A DNA stretch of 20,000 nt. Origin: an uncultured virus (IMG/VR IMGVR_UViG_3300003267_000135). Taxonomy: Duplodnaviria > Heunggongvirae > Uroviricota > Caudoviricetes. The position numbers and the translations under genes were made by a program. The stretch is from IMG/VR virus record IMGVR_UViG_3300003267_000135, positions 46,463 to 66,462 of that record, one strand, 5' to 3'. Shown here piece after piece: positions 17,861 to 20,000 of this stretch; position 1 is the first letter of the stretch, and each line of letters begins with the position of its first letter. The notes beneath the pieces were generated by a model that was given only the letters and a program-made list of their open reading frames with translations, made no database searches and was not told where the DNA came from.

Positions 17861-18412
17861 ATGAGCCTTTTAGCACCAATCCAAGCCGGAAACACCGAAG
17901 GCGTGAAGTGGGCAAAACTGCAACGCTGGATGCGTCAGGCCGTCGATAATGCCGGCATCTCCTACACCATGAGCTATCCACTTACCGACATTGATCCGAG
18001 CGATACCGAAGGCGTGAAATGGGCAAAGCTCGGCGCGTGGACACAACTCCTTGCCGCGAATATCGTGCCCGCGGGCGGTGGCGGCGGCGGTCTCATCACG
18101 AGCGCAGTGCTCACAGGTGCGGCGGCGGTGAATGATATTGTTGGATACTACGCAGCTCCCGCGGCGACCACCATCAGCCGCGTGCAGATCGCGGCGCAGA
18201 CTCCCCCTGTTGGCGCGGCGCTCAAAGTTACACTGGTGGACGGCAGCGGCGTCTCACTCGGCGAAATCGCCACGTTGGACGATGGCGCATCGTTTCAAGA
18301 AACCGTTCTTGGCACGCCACTCGTCCTCGCGCCGGGCGAAGTCGTGCGGTTCAAAATTACCCAAATCGGGTCAGGAACGTCGGGCGGCTACCTCACCATC
18401 AATCTGCTATGA
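17861..18412 (+). CDS. Putative virion appendage/decoration protein with duplicated N-terminal motif and C-terminal beta-sandwich
   Basis: TEGVKWAKL occurs twice, followed by a Gly linker (AGGGGGG) and a beta-rich domain ending GEVVRFKITQIGSGTSGGYLTINLL. Confidence 0.6.
   Translation: MSLLAPIQAGNTEGVKWAKLQRWMRQAVDNAGISYTMSYPLTDIDPSDTEGVKWAKLGAWTQLLAANIVPAGGGGGGLITSAVLTGAAAVNDIVGYYAAPAATTISRVQIAAQTPPVGAALKVTLVDGSGVSLGEIATLDDGASFQETVLGTPLVLAPGEVVRFKITQIGSGTSGGYLTINLL
17894..18027 (+). repeat. In-frame 23-bp direct repeat (17894-17916 and 18005-18027, one mismatch)
   Basis: accgaaggcgtgaagtgggcaaa versus accgaaggcgtgaaatgggcaaa, 111 bp (37 codons) apart. Confidence 0.9.
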
Positions 18413-19314
18413 AAACACCCCTCATATTTTTCGCTTTCATCGCTTCGCCCCTGTTTGGCGCGGTCGCCATTCCTCCTTCGGACATTAGCCCGCTCGCGAC
18501 CGGGACGGTGTTGGGGCGTTCCGCCGCGGGCAGCGGTCCGTCCTCTGCGTTGACCACATTGCCGAGTCCGGTTCAAGACAACATCACGCGGCTTGGGACG
18601 GTTACGAGTGGCACGTGGAATGGGGGCGTCGTAACTGGTCAATACGGCGGCACTGGCGTAGCCAATACCGGAAAGACGATCACGCTCGGAGGAAACTTCA
18701 CCACGTCGGGTGCATTTGCGACGACGTTGACCGTCACAAACACCACGACTGTTACGCTTCCCACGTCCGGCACGCTGGCGACAACTGCGGCCACTGTGCC
18801 ATCAATTGCCGGCACAAGCGGAATGGTGCTCGTTAATGGAGGGACTGGATCGGTGGCAGGCTCGGCGGTCACGCTTTCATTGCCGACAGCGATCACCGGG
18901 TTGGACTCCATCCTGTTCTCGACGGACGCGAAGCTGTCGCGGACGCAAGCGGGCGGACTCAAGATCACGCACCCGGCCGGCAACAACCCGGTGTTGAAGT
19001 TCGAGGAGACCGCAACGCTGACCGCCCAATTCGAGACATTCAGCGGCGACTTCTACGTTTCGACGACCCAAAGCGGCAAATCGATCATCTTCCGGACGGC
19101 GGCACTGCAAACGGCGCTGACGCTCAATTCGTCCCAAAACGCCGTATTTGCCGGGAGCGTCACGACTGCGGCCCCGAACGGCGGCACGGCGGCAGCGTGG
19201 AAGAATGGTGCTGTTCGAACGAGCACGGGTTTACTCGTCTCTACAACGACGGGCATCCAACTGGATGTAGCGGGCACGCTCTACACGCTGGCGGTATTGA
19301 CCACAAACCCATGA
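18409..19314 (+). CDS. Fibre/adhesin-like protein with apparent Sec signal peptide
   Basis: Starts with an ATGA overlap. N-terminus MKTPLIFFAFIASPLFGA. Thr/Gly-rich fibre motifs LGTVTSGTWNG...YGGTGVANTGKTITLGGN...VTLPTSGTLAT, and C-terminus TAAPNGGTAAAWK...LDVAGTLYTL. Confidence 0.65.
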   Translation: MKTPLIFFAFIASPLFGAVAIPPSDISPLATGTVLGRSAAGSGPSSALTTLPSPVQDNITRLGTVTSGTWNGGVVTGQYGGTGVANTGKTITLGGNFTTSGAFATTLTVTNTTTVTLPTSGTLATTAATVPSIAGTSGMVLVNGGTGSVAGSAVTLSLPTAITGLDSILFSTDAKLSRTQAGGLKITHPAGNNPVLKFEETATLTAQFETFSGDFYVSTTQSGKSIIFRTAALQTALTLNSSQNAVFAGSVTTAAPNGGTAAAWKNGAVRTSTGLLVSTTTGIQLDVAGTLYTLAVLTTNP

Positions 19315-19727
19315 TACCGAATTGGCCCATTGCGTTTTTAGCGATTGTCACTGGTGTCACATTGTATGCCGACCCTATCGATCTCACACGTCAGCAGGCG
19401 AGCGATCTCTTCGTGGCGCTGCAACGGATCGATCCGGGACTATCGCCTGATAACGTCGTGGTGGCGGCGGACAACATCACCGCGTTAAAGCCGATCGTCG
19501 AAGCACTCGACAAGGGCAAGGTGCGTGCGCAACGCGAAATGGACGCACTCTCTGGCGAAGATCGCGCCGCAAAGGCGTGGGCGATTCGTGACAAGATCGA
19601 GGCCAAGGGCGATGAAGTGGTGAAGATCGATCTGACGCGCATGGAAATCACCGCGGACGAGATCAAGGCCGCGAAGGTGCGGCCGGCTGACTTGGCTCCG
19701 CTGCGCCAATTTCTGAAGAAGAAATGA
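19311..19727 (+). CDS. Small helical protein, possibly a fibre-associated chaperone, with apparent signal peptide
   Basis: ATG19311 overlaps the upstream TGA, while the ORF-track start at 19197 lies inside the fibre gene. MIPNWPIAFLAIVTGVTLYA is followed by a charged helical body (ADNITALKPIVEALDK) like the small proteins that often follow phage fibre genes. Confidence 0.6.
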   Translation: MIPNWPIAFLAIVTGVTLYADPIDLTRQQASDLFVALQRIDPGLSPDNVVVAADNITALKPIVEALDKGKVRAQREMDALSGEDRAAKAWAIRDKIEAKGDEVVKIDLTRMEITADEIKAAKVRPADLAPLRQFLKKK

Positions 19728-20000
19728 ACCTCCCGCGTTATCGCGCAGGACCCGTTGAATACTGGCTCGCGGCGGCGGGAACTGAGTTCATCAACGGCTT
19801 TATTGCCGGGCTCGGCGGCGGTGCAATTGCGGGAGCCGGGAGCGGTGTGGCAGCTTCATCGACCGGCCTTTGGTCGGGCGCTGACTGGATCACGCAAGTG
19901 TTGATTGCGATTTTCGGCGCAACAATCGCGGCACTCGGAAACGGGTTTAAGACTCTCATCGTCTGGCATCACAGCAACCCATTTCCTAATCCGTGGCCCA
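19724..20000 (+). CDS. Putative holin / small membrane protein, 3'-truncated
   Basis: Absent from the ORF track because there is no stop in the window. Starts with an ATGA overlap and translates as MNLPRYRAGPVEYWLAAAGTEFINGFIAGLGGGAIAGAGSGVAASSTGLWSGADWITQVLIAIFGATIAALGNGFKTLIVWHHSNPFPNPWP, with two hydrophobic Gly-rich segments. Confidence 0.5.
   Translation, partial: MNLPRYRAGPVEYWLAAAGTEFINGFIAGLGGGAIAGAGSGVAASSTGLWSGADWITQVLIAIFGATIAALGNGFKTLIVWHHSNPFPNPWP

Larger units (their letters stand above)
1..20000 (+). mobile_element. Podovirus-like phage/prophage tail, ejection and fibre module (extends past both edges)
   Basis: Co-oriented, tightly packed genes in the order adaptor, nozzle, GNAT, ejection, tailspike. 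No host housekeeping genes are present. Confidence 0.9.

Noticed and set aside
17894..18027. Direct repeat as a CRISPR mini-array, DGR template/variable repeat pair or recombination site
   Set aside because: It is only 23 bp, in frame, has a single synonymous mismatch and encodes a repeated peptide. No reverse transcriptase, cas or recombinase gene is in the window.
93..19310. ORF-track starts at 93, 971, 2859, 7033 and 19197
   Set aside because: The frame at 93 is open further upstream. For the others, ATG1034, ATG2973, GTG7171 and ATG19311 fit gene packing and protein composition better; ATG971 is not formally excluded.
99..19959. Many minus-strand and alternate-frame ORFs, e.g. 1001-1753, 2249-3070 and 16769-17701
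   Set aside because: They overlap well-supported plus-strand genes and have the Arg-rich or antisense-shadow composition typical of GC-rich DNA, with no recognisable motifs.
1..20000. Stop-codon reassignment or programmed frameshift
   Set aside because: Genes tile almost without gaps under code 11, TAA, TGA and TAG all end genes, and no split genes were seen.

Overview
A gene-dense, GC-rich, entirely plus-strand segment of a tailed dsDNA phage or prophage, most likely podovirus-like: there are P22/T7-style tail adaptor and nozzle genes and DNA ejection genes, with no tape-measure or sheath gene in the window. Gene order: an Ala-rich fibre whose frame is open past the left edge, a beta-helix tailspike, a small acidic-tailed protein, a putative adaptor, a P22 gp10-like nozzle, a collar-motif protein, a GNAT acetyltransferase, three ejection proteins (the last is 1822 aa with an LPD38-like C-terminus), and a second mosaic tailspike. 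The window ends in a four-gene ATGA-coupled cassette preceded by a palindrome that overlaps an extended -10 motif. Two genes in that cassette, a fibre-like protein and its neighbour, have apparent Sec signal peptides, and the last is a truncated holin-like membrane protein. Other points of interest are six appendage-type genes, a Cys motif shared by two fibres, a beta-domain shared between genes about 18 kb apart, and few Shine-Dalgarno sequences. All product calls come from motif recognition by eye; no database search was run.
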